From contig CAYYSY010000312.1 of the NCBI GenBank assembly GCA_964474355.1, forward strand, positions 1,517 to 65,516: a stretch of DNA of 64,000 nt, given 5' to 3'. Positions 54,808 to 64,000 of the stretch are shown here, in pieces (the first letter of the stretch is position 1; every line of letters begins with the position of its first letter). Made by a program: the position numbers and the translations under genes. Source of the stretch: an uncultured Spirochaetaceae bacterium (GTDB taxonomy: Bacteria; Myxococcota_A; UBA9160; UBA4427). A model generated the notes under the pieces. It saw only the letters and a list, made by a program, of their open reading frames with translations, searched no databases and was not told the DNA's origin.

Positions 54808-56781
54808 TCAGCCCCGTCCGCGCGGCACTCGCACGTCGCCGCGGCGGCGCGTCACCTGCAGCTCGTCGAAGAGCTCCATGAGTGGCATCGCAGTACGGCG
54901 CGTCGTTCCGATGAGGGTCTTGTAGGCCTGGGTGCCGATCTCGCCGTGCTCGTCGAGATGGGCGACGAGCCGGGCTCGAAGTCCATCGATGGCCTCGCGG
55001 TCGAACCAGAGATCGCCGGGCGCCCGCACGAGCACGTCGCTCCGTTCGAGGTGGGCGACGAGGTCGCGGTACTCGGGCAGCTCGATGCCGAGCGCGGCGC
55101 AGTGATCGCGTGGGCTCATGGGCTCGAGCCCCGCTTCGCGCGCGTCGGATGCGATGCGATCGACGAGCGCCTTCGTGCGCTCGTCGAGGGTCGGGGCGTG
55201 GCCGCTCGTCCGGACGAGCTCGCCTTCGACGACGACCCGGCCGGTGCGCTCCTGCATCGCGAGCGCCGCCTCGGCGGTATCGCGGGTGACGTTCTCGGGC
55301 AGGGTGGCGCGCAGCGCGGCGCCGGGCATGCCGGGGCGAAGGGGCTCGCGCTGGTGGAAGGCCTCGAGCGCCTCGAGCAGGCGCAGCCCCAGCCGCTCGA
55401 GGGTGGTGGCGTCGACCAGGCGCCGCGCATCCGTGCGGGCGATGCGGTCTTCTGCCTCGAGTGCACTCGCGACTGCGTCGACCTCGCTCGCGTCGAGGCC
55501 GGTCTCGAGAGCGAGCTCATCGACGAGGACGCCGCCGAGACCGCTGCGCGACACCCTCGATGCCACGGCCTCGCTCGAGTCGAACGTGGCGAGCACTTCG
55601 AGCTCGGCGGCCAGCGCCGGGTCGCTACGGCGCCGGTGCGGCGGTGCGACATCGACGAAGCGGCCGCCTCCGAGCGTGTGCCCGACGAGGTCGTGGCGCG
55701 CGAAGCCACGCACGACGAAGCGGTCGCCCGGGAGCACGGCGATCGGCGGCCCATCGACGTGGAGCCGCGCGAAGCCCGCTTCGCCCGGGCGAAGCCTCGC
55801 GTCGACACCGATCGGCGCGAGCCGGCCACGGCGCTCGCACGTGCCGCAGAGCAGCTCGACCGCGATGACGTCCTTCTCCTCGGGCGAGGTGTCGAGCCAG
55901 TGGATGCGGACGTCCGCGAGCGTCGTCGTCGGCATGCGTCCGGGGCGGGTCAGCACCTGACCACGGGCGAGGTCCTCGTGCGCGACGCCCTGTACGTTCA
56001 CGGCGCAGCGCGCGCCCGGCAGCGCGCGCTCGGTCGGCTCGCCGTGATGCTGGAGCCCGCGGATCCGCGCGGGCTCGCCGCCCGGTAGCAGCTCCACCGC
56101 ATCGCCCACCTCGAGCGCGGAGCCCACGAGGGTGCCGGTCAGCACCGACCCGAAGCCGCGCATCGTGAACACGCGGTCGACGTTCAGCCGCGGCGGACCC
56201 GCCCTCGGCGTGCGCGGCGCGGCCTCGGCGCAGACGCGCGCGAGCGTCTCGCGCAGCGCGTCGATGCCCTCGCCGGTCTGCGAGGACACCGTGACGACGG
56301 GTGCATCGGCCAGGCTCGTCCCGGCAACGAGGTCGGCCACCTCGGCCGCGGCGAGCTCCTGCATCTCGTCGTCGACGAGATCGCAGCGGGTCAGTGCGAC
56401 GATGCCGTGCCGCACGTCGAGCAGGTTGCAGATCGCGAGGTGCTCGCGGGTCTGGGGCATGACGCCTTCGTCGGCGGCGACCACGAGCAGCACGACGTCG
56501 ATGCCGGTGGCGCCCGACACCATCGTGCGGACGAGCCCTTCGTGGCCGGGCACGTCGACCAGGCCGACGCGTTCGCCGCCGGGCAGCTCGAGCGGCGCGA
56601 AGCCGAGATCGATGGTGATGCCGCGCGCCTTCTCCTCGGGCAGGCGGTCGAGGTCGAGCCCGGTGAGCGCGCGGACGAGCGAGGTCTTGCCGTGATCGAT
56701 GTGGCCCGCGGTGCCGACGACGAGGGGAGCGCGCGCGGCGTCGTCTCCCGCTCGCTGCCCCGCGTTCGTACCTTTCACCAC
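54808..56781 (-). CDS. selB: Selenocysteine-specific translation elongation factor
   Basis: GTG start. G1: [29 protein letters not shown]3: DVPGHE. About 657 aa, with a long C-terminal winged-helix-type extension typical of SelB. Confidence 0.88.
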   Translation of the reverse strand: MVKGTNAGQRAGDDAARAPLVVGTAGHIDHGKTSLVRALTGLDLDRLPEEKARGITIDLGFAPLELPGGERVGLVDVPGHEGLVRTMVSGATGIDVVLLVVAADEGVMPQTREHLAICNLLDVRHGIVALTRCDLVDDEMQELAAAEVADLVAGTSLADAPVVTVSSQTGEGIDALRETLARVCAEAAPRTPRAGPPRLNVDRVFTMRGFGSVLTGTLVGSALEVGDAVELLPGGEPARIRGLQHHGEPTERALPGARCAVNVQGVAHEDLARGQVLTRPGRMPTTTLADVRIHWLDTSPEEKDVIAVELLCGTCERRGRLAPIGVDARLRPGEAGFARLHVDGPPIAVLPGDRFVVRGFARHDLVGHTLGGGRFVDVAPPHRRRSDPALAAELEVLATFDSSEAVASRVSRSGLGGVLVDELALETGLDASEVDAVASALEAEDRIARTDARRLVDATTLERLGLRLLEALEAFHQREPLRPGMPGAALRATLPENVTRDTAEAALAMQERTGRVVVEGELVRTSGHAPTLDERTKALVDRIASDAREAGLEPMSPRDHCAALGIELPEYRDLVAHLERSDVLVRAPGDLWFDREAIDGLRARLVAHLDEHGEIGTQAYKTLIGTTRRTAMPLMELFDELQVTRRRGDVRVPRGRG

Positions 56782-56792
56782 GTTCGCCGCGC

Positions 56793-58067
56793 TCAGCGCG
56801 GGCCGATCCGGTCGCGGCCCATGTAGGGCTGGAGCGCCTGGGGGATGTGCACGCTGCCGTCCGCCTGCTGGTGGTTCTCGAGCAGGGCGAGGATCGCGCG
56901 CGCATTCGAGATCGCCGTGCCGTTCAGCGTGTGGACCAGCTCGTTCTTCTTGCCACCCTCACGGCGGAAGCGGATCTTGAGGCGCCGCGCCTGGTAGTCG
57001 GTGCAGTTCGACGTGCTCGTGATCTCGCCCCAGTCGCCGCCTTCGCCCCGGCCGGGCATCCACGCCTCGAGGTCGAACTTGCGGTAGGCCGGCGAGCCGA
57101 GGTCGCCTGCCGCGACGTCGATGACGCGGTACGGCACCTCGAGGGCGTCGAAGATCTTCTCCTCGATGCGGCGTAGCTCTGCGTGCTGCGCCTCGCTGTC
57201 CTCGGGGCGGCAGAAGACGAACATCTCGGTCTTCGTGAACTGGTGCACGCGATAGAGCCCGCGGCTCTCGCGGCCATGTGCGCCGGCCTCGGTGCGGAAG
57301 CAGTGCGAGATGCCCGCGAGCCGGAGCGGCAGGCCGGCCTCGTCGAAGATGTGGTCGGCGTACAGGCCGCCGAGGGTGATCTCGGCCGTGCCGACGAGGC
57401 AGAGCTCGTGACCTTCGATGGAGTAGATCTGCGTCTCTTCACCCTTCGGGTTGAAGCCGAGGCCGCGCACGACGTCGGGGCGGGCGAGGTCGGGCGTCAC
57501 GACGGGCGTGAACTGCTCCTCGAGCAGCACGTCGAGAGCGAAGCGCTGCAGCGCGACCTCGAGCAGCGCGGCCTCGTTCTTCAGGTAGTAGAACTTCTGG
57601 CCGGCGACGCGTGCAGCGCTCTCGAAGTCGACGAGATCCCACCTCTCGCAGATCGCGAGGTGATCGACGGGCTCGAAGTCGAAGCTCGTGGGCTTGCCGT
57701 CGGCGAGGACGGCGAAGTTTGCCTCACCGCCTTCGGGCACGTCGGGGTGAGTGTGATTCGGCACGCCGGCCAGCGCCTCGTCGAAGCGCGTCTGCGCGGC
57801 ACGGAGCCGCTCTTCGATCGCCGCGAGGTCATCCTTGAATGCGCGCCCTTTGGTGACGTGGGCCTCGCGCTCGGCGTCGCTCATCTTGCGCTTGCCGGCC
57901 TTCTGGTGCTCGTTGCGCTGGCGGTTGGTCTCGTTCTGCTCGGTGACGAGCGCAGTCACCTCGCCGTGCAGCGCAGCCAGCGCGTCGATGTCGACGGTGA
58001 CACCGCGCTTGCGGCAGCTGTCCAGGATGTCGTCCCGGCGGTCGGCGAGGGAGTGAGGGTCGATCAT
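56793..58067 (-). CDS. serS: Seryl-tRNA synthetase
   Basis: An N-terminal coiled-coil arm is present. Class II motifs: HCFRTEAG, GLYRVHQFTKTEMF, TLNGTA. Its stop lies 11 nt before the selB start. Confidence 0.95.
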   Translation of the reverse strand: MIDPHSLADRRDDILDSCRKRGVTVDIDALAALHGEVTALVTEQNETNRQRNEHQKAGKRKMSDAEREAHVTKGRAFKDDLAAIEERLRAAQTRFDEALAGVPNHTHPDVPEGGEANFAVLADGKPTSFDFEPVDHLAICERWDLVDFESAARVAGQKFYYLKNEAALLEVALQRFALDVLLEEQFTPVVTPDLARPDVVRGLGFNPKGEETQIYSIEGHELCLVGTAEITLGGLYADHIFDEAGLPLRLAGISHCFRTEAGAHGRESRGLYRVHQFTKTEMFVFCRPEDSEAQHAELRRIEEKIFDALEVPYRVIDVAAGDLGSPAYRKFDLEAWMPGRGEGGDWGEITSTSNCTDYQARRLKIRFRREGGKKNELVHTLNGTAISNARAILALLENHQQADGSVHIPQALQPYMGRDRIGPR

Positions 58068-58225
58068 GGCGGGGCAGAGGCTATCTCAAAACCGCAGCGA
58101 GGGGTCCGAGGGATCGCCTCCCCTGGAACGCACGCTGGGGTGGGGGGTCGTGTGGGCCTGAGGGGCTCGCGGCCGGGCTGGCAGCTGGGTCGAGGGCTGG
58201 GTCGAGAGCCGGGTGGGGGGGGGTG

Positions 58226-58858
58226 CTACTCGATGACTTCGAAGGACTCGAAGAAGCGGTCGGCGTCGACGCGGTCGGTGCCGTCACCCGGATCGCTCGC
58301 CTTCAGCACGTAGAGGCGCTGTCCGACCAGGACGAGCTGCACCTCCATCACCTTCCAGTCGTCGTTCTCGCGCGTGGGCGCGAAGGTGAGCAGCGCACCG
58401 GGGTGGTCGCCGAAGCGCCGTCGCTCGTAGGAGATCTCGCGTCCGGCGTCGGTTCGCAGCACGTTCTTCTTGGCGGTCTTGAGCACGAGCCATGTGGGGG
58501 CGAAGAAGCGGCCGAGATCCGGGAGATCGTGGAGCCCGATGCTGAACGTGCGGCCGTCGCTGCGGCCGAAGTACTTCTTCTCGGCGACCGTGCCGGCGAT
58601 CGTCTCGCGGAGGCCGGTCTCCTGCCACGTCTCGTCCCGGGGCAGAAGCCCGCGGAAGCCCTCGGTGACCGCTTCGAGATGCTGCCAGCGCCCGGCGAGC
58701 TCGGCGGCCTCGGACGTCGCAGTAACGACGGTGTCAGGGCCGGGCTCGAGGGCCGAGGCGGTGAGCCCGGTCGACAGCGCGCAGGCGAGCGCCACCGCGA
58801 CAGACACGAGGTGTCGGACGGCGGACGGGCGCAGGCCTCTGTAGTGGGCGCGTTGCAT
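58226..58858 (-). CDS. Secreted hypothetical protein
   Basis: ATG at 58858. Signal peptide: VSVAVALACALSTGLTASA. The composition is balanced. No motif was recognised. Confidence 0.6.
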   Translation of the reverse strand: MQRAHYRGLRPSAVRHLVSVAVALACALSTGLTASALEPGPDTVVTATSEAAELAGRWQHLEAVTEGFRGLLPRDETWQETGLRETIAGTVAEKKYFGRSDGRTFSIGLHDLPDLGRFFAPTWLVLKTAKKNVLRTDAGREISYERRRFGDHPGALLTFAPTRENDDWKVMEVQLVLVGQRLYVLKASDPGDGTDRVDADRFFESFEVIE

Positions 58859-59063
58859 ACTCGCGAACCCCTGATGGAGCAGATCGGTTCATCCTACAAC
58901 TGGGTCGCCCCCAAAAGAAGCGATACCACCCTCGACCGTCCGTCGATTCCGGCTCTTCGATCTGATTCCGTCCCGACCGGACGAATTCGACCCTAGAAAC
59001 GGAGGGTCGGCCCCACGGGCCGGGGTGCAAGCGGGGCCCTGGCCGGCGCTGCTCGGGCGGGGC

Positions 59064-60140
59064 TCAGGCGTGCTCTGGCGGACGCAAGAGCCCCCGGCCG
59101 GCGATGAGCGGCAGGTCGACCGCCGCCATGAGCCCGGGCGGCGCGTCGCAGACCCACGGGATCGCGTTCGTGATGCGGGCCGCGGCCGTGGTGTTGCCGC
59201 CGGCGACGTGGTCGCCGTGCTCGTCCTCACTCTCGAGTGTCAGCGAGACGTTCGGCGTGCCCGAGATGCGGACCGCGTGGTAGCCCATCCCCTTCGCCGA
59301 CTCCCACTGCTTTGCCGTGTCGTCGACGATGCGCGTGATGTGCTCGACCACCAGCAGCGGGTGCCCGTCGACCAGGCCCTGCACCTCGAAGCGGAACGCG
59401 CCGAGGGTGCCCTTCGCGTACGCGCGGCCGAGCACCTCGACGTCGCGCTCGAGCGCGTGCTTCTCGGTCACCTCGACGACGTCGTCGAGGGTGACGTCGA
59501 GCGCGTCGGCCAGCGAGCGCAACGCGCCGCCCCAGACACGCGTGGGCACGCCGGGGAGGATCATCGCCGGCGTGCGATCCATTGGCGAGCCGAAGCCGAT
59601 CAACGCGCGCACCTGCTCGGGTACGTCGTACGTCGCGTAGTTGAAGTTCTCGACGATGCGGATCTCGTGGGCGCCAGCGCAGAGCCCCGAGAGCACGACG
59701 GGGATGAGATCCATGGCGAAGCCCGGGTCGATGCCCGACGAGAGGATGGTCGCGCCGCCCTCCTTGCACGCGGCCTCGAAGGCGGCCTTCACGTCGGGCG
59801 GCGCGGTCGGCGGATGCAGCAGAGCGTAGTGGCCCGCCGTCACGACGTTCACGCCCGCGCGCAGGCAGCGCAGCATCTCGTCGGTGGACTCGGCCGGGCG
59901 GAAGTCCTGGTTCACCGCGTAGACCAGCGCGTCGGGGCGGCGCGCGAGCACGGCGTCGACGTCGCGCGTCGCGATCACGCCGCAATCGGGCAGGCCGGCG
60001 AGCACGCCCGCGTCGACACCGTCCTTCTCCTCGGCGTGCACGATGACGTCGGCGAGCTCGAGCGCGGGGTTGGCGAGCACGGTGCGGATCGCGGGCACGC
60101 CCACGTTGCCCGTACCCCAGACGGCGACGCGATGGGTCAT
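59064..60140 (-). CDS. NAD(P)-binding dihydrodipicolinate-reductase-like / amine-dehydrogenase-family oxidoreductase
   Basis: ATG at 60140. Rossmann N-terminus: RVAVWGTGNVGVPAIRTV. GIDPGFAMDLIP. The family call is by resemblance only. Confidence 0.6.
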   Translation of the reverse strand: MTHRVAVWGTGNVGVPAIRTVLANPALELADVIVHAEEKDGVDAGVLAGLPDCGVIATRDVDAVLARRPDALVYAVNQDFRPAESTDEMLRCLRAGVNVVTAGHYALLHPPTAPPDVKAAFEAACKEGGATILSSGIDPGFAMDLIPVVLSGLCAGAHEIRIVENFNYATYDVPEQVRALIGFGSPMDRTPAMILPGVPTRVWGGALRSLADALDVTLDDVVEVTEKHALERDVEVLGRAYAKGTLGAFRFEVQGLVDGHPLLVVEHITRIVDDTAKQWESAKGMGYHAVRISGTPNVSLTLESEDEHGDHVAGGNTTAAARITNAIPWVCDAPPGLMAAVDLPLIAGRGLLRPPEHA

Positions 60141-60224
60141 GGCTCTCTACTCCAGCTGCCGGCGGCTTCTCCAGCTGCCGGCGGCTTCTCCCGCTCCGGG
60201 TCGGTTGGTGCGGCGCTCGTCGGC

Positions 60225-60908
60225 TCAGCGCGTGATGATCGACGCGCCCGCCTTCTTCAGCTTCTCGGCGGTCTCGGCATCGTCGGTGTTGCGGGGCTGC
60301 TCGGGCACCGCGACGCCGCGCTGCACGGCGGGGCGCTCCTTCATCGTGTCCATCCACTTCGACAACGCGTCGAGCCCGTCGATCGGTACGCCCGACCAGC
60401 CGTGGATGCGCACCCAGCTCCAGTTCGCGATGTCGGCGATCGAGTAGTCGCCGGCGAGCCACTCGGTCTTCTGCAGCTGGCCGTCGAGCACCTCGAACAG
60501 GCGCCGCGACTCGTGCTGGTAGCGGTCGATTGCGGGCTGGATCTTCTCGGGGAAGTACCGAAAGAAGACGTTGGCCTGGCCCATCATCGGCCCCACGCCG
60601 CCCATCTGGAACATCAGCCAGCTCATCACCTCGGCGCGCTTCGCCGGGTCGGTCGGCAGCAGCGGGCTGCCCGTCTTCTCGCAGAGATGAATCATGATCG
60701 CGCCCGACTCGAACACCCGGATACCGCCGAGGTCGTGGTCGACGATCGCGGGGATGCGGCCGTTCGGGTTGATCGCGAGGAACTCGGGCTTCTTCTGGTC
60801 GCCCGAGCCGAGGTCGATGGCGCGGACCTCGTAGGGCAGCTCGAGCTCTTCGAGGGTGATGGAGGCCTTCCAGCCGTTGGGGGTGCCGGCGGTGAACAGC
60901 TCGATCAT
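60225..60908 (-). CDS. Nu-class glutathione S-transferase (YfcG/YghU-like)
   Basis: [57 protein letters not shown]...ESGAIMIHL...[15 protein letters not shown]...[12 protein letters not shown] closely parallels E. coli YfcG, as I recall its sequence. Confidence 0.85.
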   Translation of the reverse strand: MIELFTAGTPNGWKASITLEELELPYEVRAIDLGSGDQKKPEFLAINPNGRIPAIVDHDLGGIRVFESGAIMIHLCEKTGSPLLPTDPAKRAEVMSWLMFQMGGVGPMMGQANVFFRYFPEKIQPAIDRYQHESRRLFEVLDGQLQKTEWLAGDYSIADIANWSWVRIHGWSGVPIDGLDALSKWMDTMKERPAVQRGVAVPEQPRNTDDAETAEKLKKAGASIITR

Positions 60909-61099
60909 CGGGTGGGTTCTCCGGGAGGGCGCGCGTGCGCCGGGATGGGGTGGGGCGCCGAGAGCGCCGGGGGGCGAGAAGGGCGATGGTAAGATGCCAG
61001 CGTCGAGCCGACGACTCGGCCGTCCCAGCAGCCTCGCCGTCCCGGGCGGGCTACCCGGCCAACGCCGGTCCTGCCCGCACGGAGGTGATCGCGACCGAC

Positions 61100-62302
61100 A
61101 TGAGCGACGAGTCGACTCCAGGGGCTACCGAGGCGCCGCCGGCGCCCGTCGACGGCGAGGCCGCCGCGCGCTTCGCGCCGGTGCGCGAGGCGTTCGCGAA
61201 GAGCTTCGAAGATCTCGGCGAGGTGGGGGCGGCGTTCTGCCTGCGCCTCGGCGGCGAGGTGGTGGTCGACGTCTGGGGCGGCTGGCAGGACGCCGAGCGC
61301 ACGAGGCCCTGGCAGCGCGACACGCTCGTGAACGCGTACTCGGTGGGCAAGGGCGTGCTCGCCGGTCTGCTGATGTGCGTCGTCGAGGAGGGGCGCCTCT
61401 CGTTCGACGACCGTGTCGTGGAGGTGTGGCCGGAGTTCGGCGCCCATGGCAAGGACGGGATCACGGTGCGGATGCTCTCGAGTCATCAGGCTGGCCTGCC
61501 CGCGTTGCGCGAGAAGCTCGATCGCTCGCATCTCTACGACTGGGCGGGTCTCTGCGAGCGGCTCGCGGACGAGGAGCCGTACTGGACGCCGGGCACGGCG
61601 CACGGCTACCACGTCAACATGTACGGCTTCCTGGTCGGCGAGGTGATCCACCGGGCGACCGGCATGCCGGTTGCCGAGGCCCTGAGTCACTACATGACGG
61701 GGCCGGCCGGCGCCGACTTCTTCTTCAGCGTACCCGACGCCGATCACGCACGTTGCACGGACATGCTCGTGCCGAACTACGACCTCGACAGCGAAGAGAA
61801 GTGGGCGATCGCGTTTCCGCCGACGGGCGATCGCGACTTCGACGTGATGAAGTGGCACACCTATTTCAATCCGCCCGGCATCAGCGGCGTGGGATCGGTG
61901 CACACGGCGGAGTGGAAGCGCTCGGTGATTCCGTCGACGAGCGGGCACGCGACTGCGAGGGCGGTGGCTGCGCTCTACGCGGGCATGATGGGGTCGGGGG
62001 TCGAGCTCGCGGTGACGCCGGGCGCGCGCGTGCGTGGCGAGGCGACGCGGGGCGAGGTCGACGGCGATGACGTCATCCTGCAGCGTCCGTCGCGCTTCGG
62101 CATCGGCTTCCAGCTGCCGATCCCGACGCGCCCGCTCTGGCCGAGCGCGTCGGCGTTCGGGCACTACGGCTATGGCGGCGCGCTCGGCTTCGCCGATCCC
62201 GAGAACGACCTGGCCTTCGGCTACCTCATGAACCTGCCCGGCGATCGCTGGCAGACACCCCGGACACAGCGGCTGATCGACACCGTCTACGACTGCCTCT
62301 GA
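61100..62302 (+). CDS. Serine hydrolase, beta-lactamase (class C / esterase EstB-like) family
   Basis: ATG at 61100. SxxK motif: YSVGKG. The length is typical (about 400 aa). [14 protein letters not shown] lies near the C-terminus. Confidence 0.8.
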   Translation: MSDESTPGATEAPPAPVDGEAAARFAPVREAFAKSFEDLGEVGAAFCLRLGGEVVVDVWGGWQDAERTRPWQRDTLVNAYSVGKGVLAGLLMCVVEEGRLSFDDRVVEVWPEFGAHGKDGITVRMLSSHQAGLPALREKLDRSHLYDWAGLCERLADEEPYWTPGTAHGYHVNMYGFLVGEVIHRATGMPVAEALSHYMTGPAGADFFFSVPDADHARCTDMLVPNYDLDSEEKWAIAFPPTGDRDFDVMKWHTYFNPPGISGVGSVHTAEWKRSVIPSTSGHATARAVAALYAGMMGSGVELAVTPGARVRGEATRGEVDGDDVILQRPSRFGIGFQLPIPTRPLWPSASAFGHYGYGGALGFADPENDLAFGYLMNLPGDRWQTPRTQRLIDTVYDCL

Positions 62303-62408
62303 GCTCGAGCTCGGACGCGCGCCGCCGAGTGCGGCGCCTTCGGCGACGTGCGTGGAGTGGTCGGGTGGGCGTGTTAGCGTGATTCGACCGATCTCCGGGG
62401 AGAAGCGC

Positions 62409-63437
62409 ATGCGCGTTGCGATGATGGCTCGTTCGTTCCTGATCCTCGTGATCGCGCTCGCCGGGGCGCCGGCTTCGGCACAGAATCCGACGCCCTACTG
62501 GGAGTTCCAGGTCGGAAACTGGATCGGGGCCGCGTACCGCACACCCGAGGGCGGGTTCAGCCACTGCGCGATCTTCGGCAGCTATCGAAGCGGGATCTCC
62601 ATGGCGATCCTGATCGACGCCGGATACGACACCCAGCTGGCGATCGGCAACCCGCAGTGGCAGCTCGCCATCGGCGAGCTCTACGAGGTTGGGCTCTCGA
62701 TCGACCGTCGCGACTTCGGTCGATTCGTGGCGACGCCATCCAATCGATCCGCGCTCTTCATCCACGTCGGACAGAGACCCGAAGTCGTCGAGCGTCTTCG
62801 CAGGGGATACGTGCTTCGGATCGCAGCAGCGAGAGAGACGCTCACGTTCGAGCTCGAGGACACCTATGCGGCGCTCGGCAAGCTGAAGCAGTGCGTGGAT
62901 TCGGCGCGGATCCGACTCGCGCCGAGCCCGAATCCGCTCGGCGACGGCTCATCGGGGGGTGACCCTGGACGGCCGGGCGGGAGTGCGCCGGATCGGGACT
63001 TCATCGATGCCATCGCAGGGGTCCTCGCTGCGTCCGGTCTGGAGAGCCTGCAGTTCGTCGATCCTGCGAGCGCTGGCTACGACAACGCAGTGCTCGCGTG
63101 GGCCGACGAAGACGTGAACGGCGCGCTCTTCTTCCTCGACGAGGACGCGAGCGGTGCGGCCGATTTCACGAAGGCGTTCATCGGAGGCGTCGCGAGCGCG
63201 TGCACCGGGACCTTCGGCTCGCAGACGAAGCCGGGGAGTCGGGCTGGTCGGGCGAATGTCAGCGAGTTCTCGATGGCGTGCGAAGAGGAAGATGGCTCGG
63301 AGTTCATGGCCGCGACCGTGCTGGCGACGAGCGAAGGGACGCTGATCTTCGTCCACTTCACCACGAACGACCCCGGGCGTCTGCGAGCGCTCAACGACGA
63401 CCTGCGGCGCGTGATCGGCATCATCTGGGGCAGCTGA
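62409..63437 (+). CDS. Secreted hypothetical protein
   Basis: ATG at 62409. Signal peptide: MRVAMMARSFLILVIALAGAPASAQ. No motif was recognised. Confidence 0.6.
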   Translation: MRVAMMARSFLILVIALAGAPASAQNPTPYWEFQVGNWIGAAYRTPEGGFSHCAIFGSYRSGISMAILIDAGYDTQLAIGNPQWQLAIGELYEVGLSIDRRDFGRFVATPSNRSALFIHVGQRPEVVERLRRGYVLRIAAARETLTFELEDTYAALGKLKQCVDSARIRLAPSPNPLGDGSSGGDPGRPGGSAPDRDFIDAIAGVLAASGLESLQFVDPASAGYDNAVLAWADEDVNGALFFLDEDASGAADFTKAFIGGVASACTGTFGSQTKPGSRAGRANVSEFSMACEEEDGSEFMAATVLATSEGTLIFVHFTTNDPGRLRALNDDLRRVIGIIWGS

Positions 63438-63461
63438 AGAGGCGCGACGCACTCGTCCGGC

Positions 63462-64000
63462 TCAGTCGGGATCGATCGGCTCGCTCATCAGCCGCAGCGA
63501 CGCCTTGCGAAGGAAGCGCGTCTGGCGCTCGAGGTTCTCGGGCGAGAGCGGATCAGCGCCGAAGAGCTCGCCGAGAATCGGCGCCATGGCGAAGTGACCG
63601 AAGACCATGTGAAGCCATGCGGAGATCAGTGGCGCGAGCTCGTCGGGCTGCCAGCCTGTGTCGTCGCCCTTTCGCGCTGCAGCGGCCATCGCGGGGACGA
63701 GCAGTGGGCGCACCCAGTTGTGGACCACCTCGGTGAGACGCTCTCCGCCGGAGAGCGCCTCGTGATGGATCAGTCGAGGCAGCTGCGGCGTGCGGGCGAG
63801 GTGCTCCATGACCGCGGTGATGATCGTCTCCGCCTCTACGGTCTCACCCTTCGCCGCCTCCTCGAGCATCTCGACGAGGGGCCGGATGCCGCGCTCGAGC
63901 ACCGCCTCGTAGAGCGCCTCCTTGTTCGCGAAGTGGTTGTAGAGGCTGGCGGGGTTCAGGCCGACGGCGTTGGCGATGTCGCGCACGCTCGTGCCTGCGA
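63462..64000 (-). CDS. TetR-family transcriptional regulator (5' end beyond the window)
   Basis: HTH: (AGTS)VRDIANAVGLNPASLYNHFANKEALYEAVLERG. The frame stays open to position 64000, so the N-terminus is truncated by the window edge. Confidence 0.85.
   Translation of the reverse strand, partial: AGTSVRDIANAVGLNPASLYNHFANKEALYEAVLERGIRPLVEMLEEAAKGETVEAETIITAVMEHLARTPQLPRLIHHEALSGGERLTEVVHNWVRPLLVPAMAAAARKGDDTGWQPDELAPLISAWLHMVFGHFAMAPILGELFGADPLSPENLERQTRFLRKASLRLMSEPIDPD

Noticed and set aside
61853-61868. A sigma-54-like TGGCAC-N5-TTTCA element (other TGGCAC hits include 2805, 9436, 15988, 30045 and 36412)
   Set aside because: All hits lie inside coding sequence. None has the TTGC(A/T) element at the correct spacing. 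So no credible target promoter for the NtrC-type activator was found in this window.

Overview
High-GC (roughly 70% by eye) bacterial chromosomal segment, densely coding on both strands. About 53 protein-coding genes are supported. The codon and amino-acid style resembles Myxococcota or delta-proteobacteria-like genomes. I found no rRNA, tRNA, CRISPR array, transposase, integrase or phage genes. Most of the six-frame ORFs that are long and Arg/Ala/Pro-rich are shadow frames of the real genes. Gene content in order: an envelope and redox locus (AMIN-domain proteins, an outer-membrane barrel, a membrane-anchored ferredoxin-flavoprotein, a Sel1/ankyrin protein, and divergently a His-rich membrane protein plus 21-heme and 11-heme c-type cytochromes); coaW-like; an orphan gspA/gspB (exeAB-like) pair; DUF4097; rhomboid; NUDIX; a histidine kinase; PBP1A; gshB; a sigma-54 activator; ogt; a trans-sulfuration PLP enzyme; LOG; aat; GST-like genes; amidase; HAD phosphatases; msrB; a P450; an outer-membrane barrel plus a nitrobindin-like protein; a flippase-like/sulfatase-like fusion; feoAB; gpsA; a seven-gene complex-I-like operon; selB-serS; and miscellaneous hydrolases and regulators. 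The strongest candidate for something undescribed is the operon at 47362-54797. It encodes only the membrane-arm subunits of complex I (order A-H-J-K-L-M-N) with no B/C/D/I/E/F/G genes, and most canonical proton-channel Glu/Lys/His residues are replaced. Second is the multihaem-cytochrome and outer-membrane-barrel locus at 2858-12244, a possible trans-envelope electron conduit. Non-coding oddities: a 180-nt imperfect hairpin (29295-29478), a compact three-way-junction fold in a long leader (29190-29252), a 3 x 41-bp tandem repeat that copies a gene's 3' end (31695-31817), and duplicated about 50-bp blocks upstream of the nuo-like operon (47043-47175). All functional calls come from motif recognition by eye. 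No database search was run.
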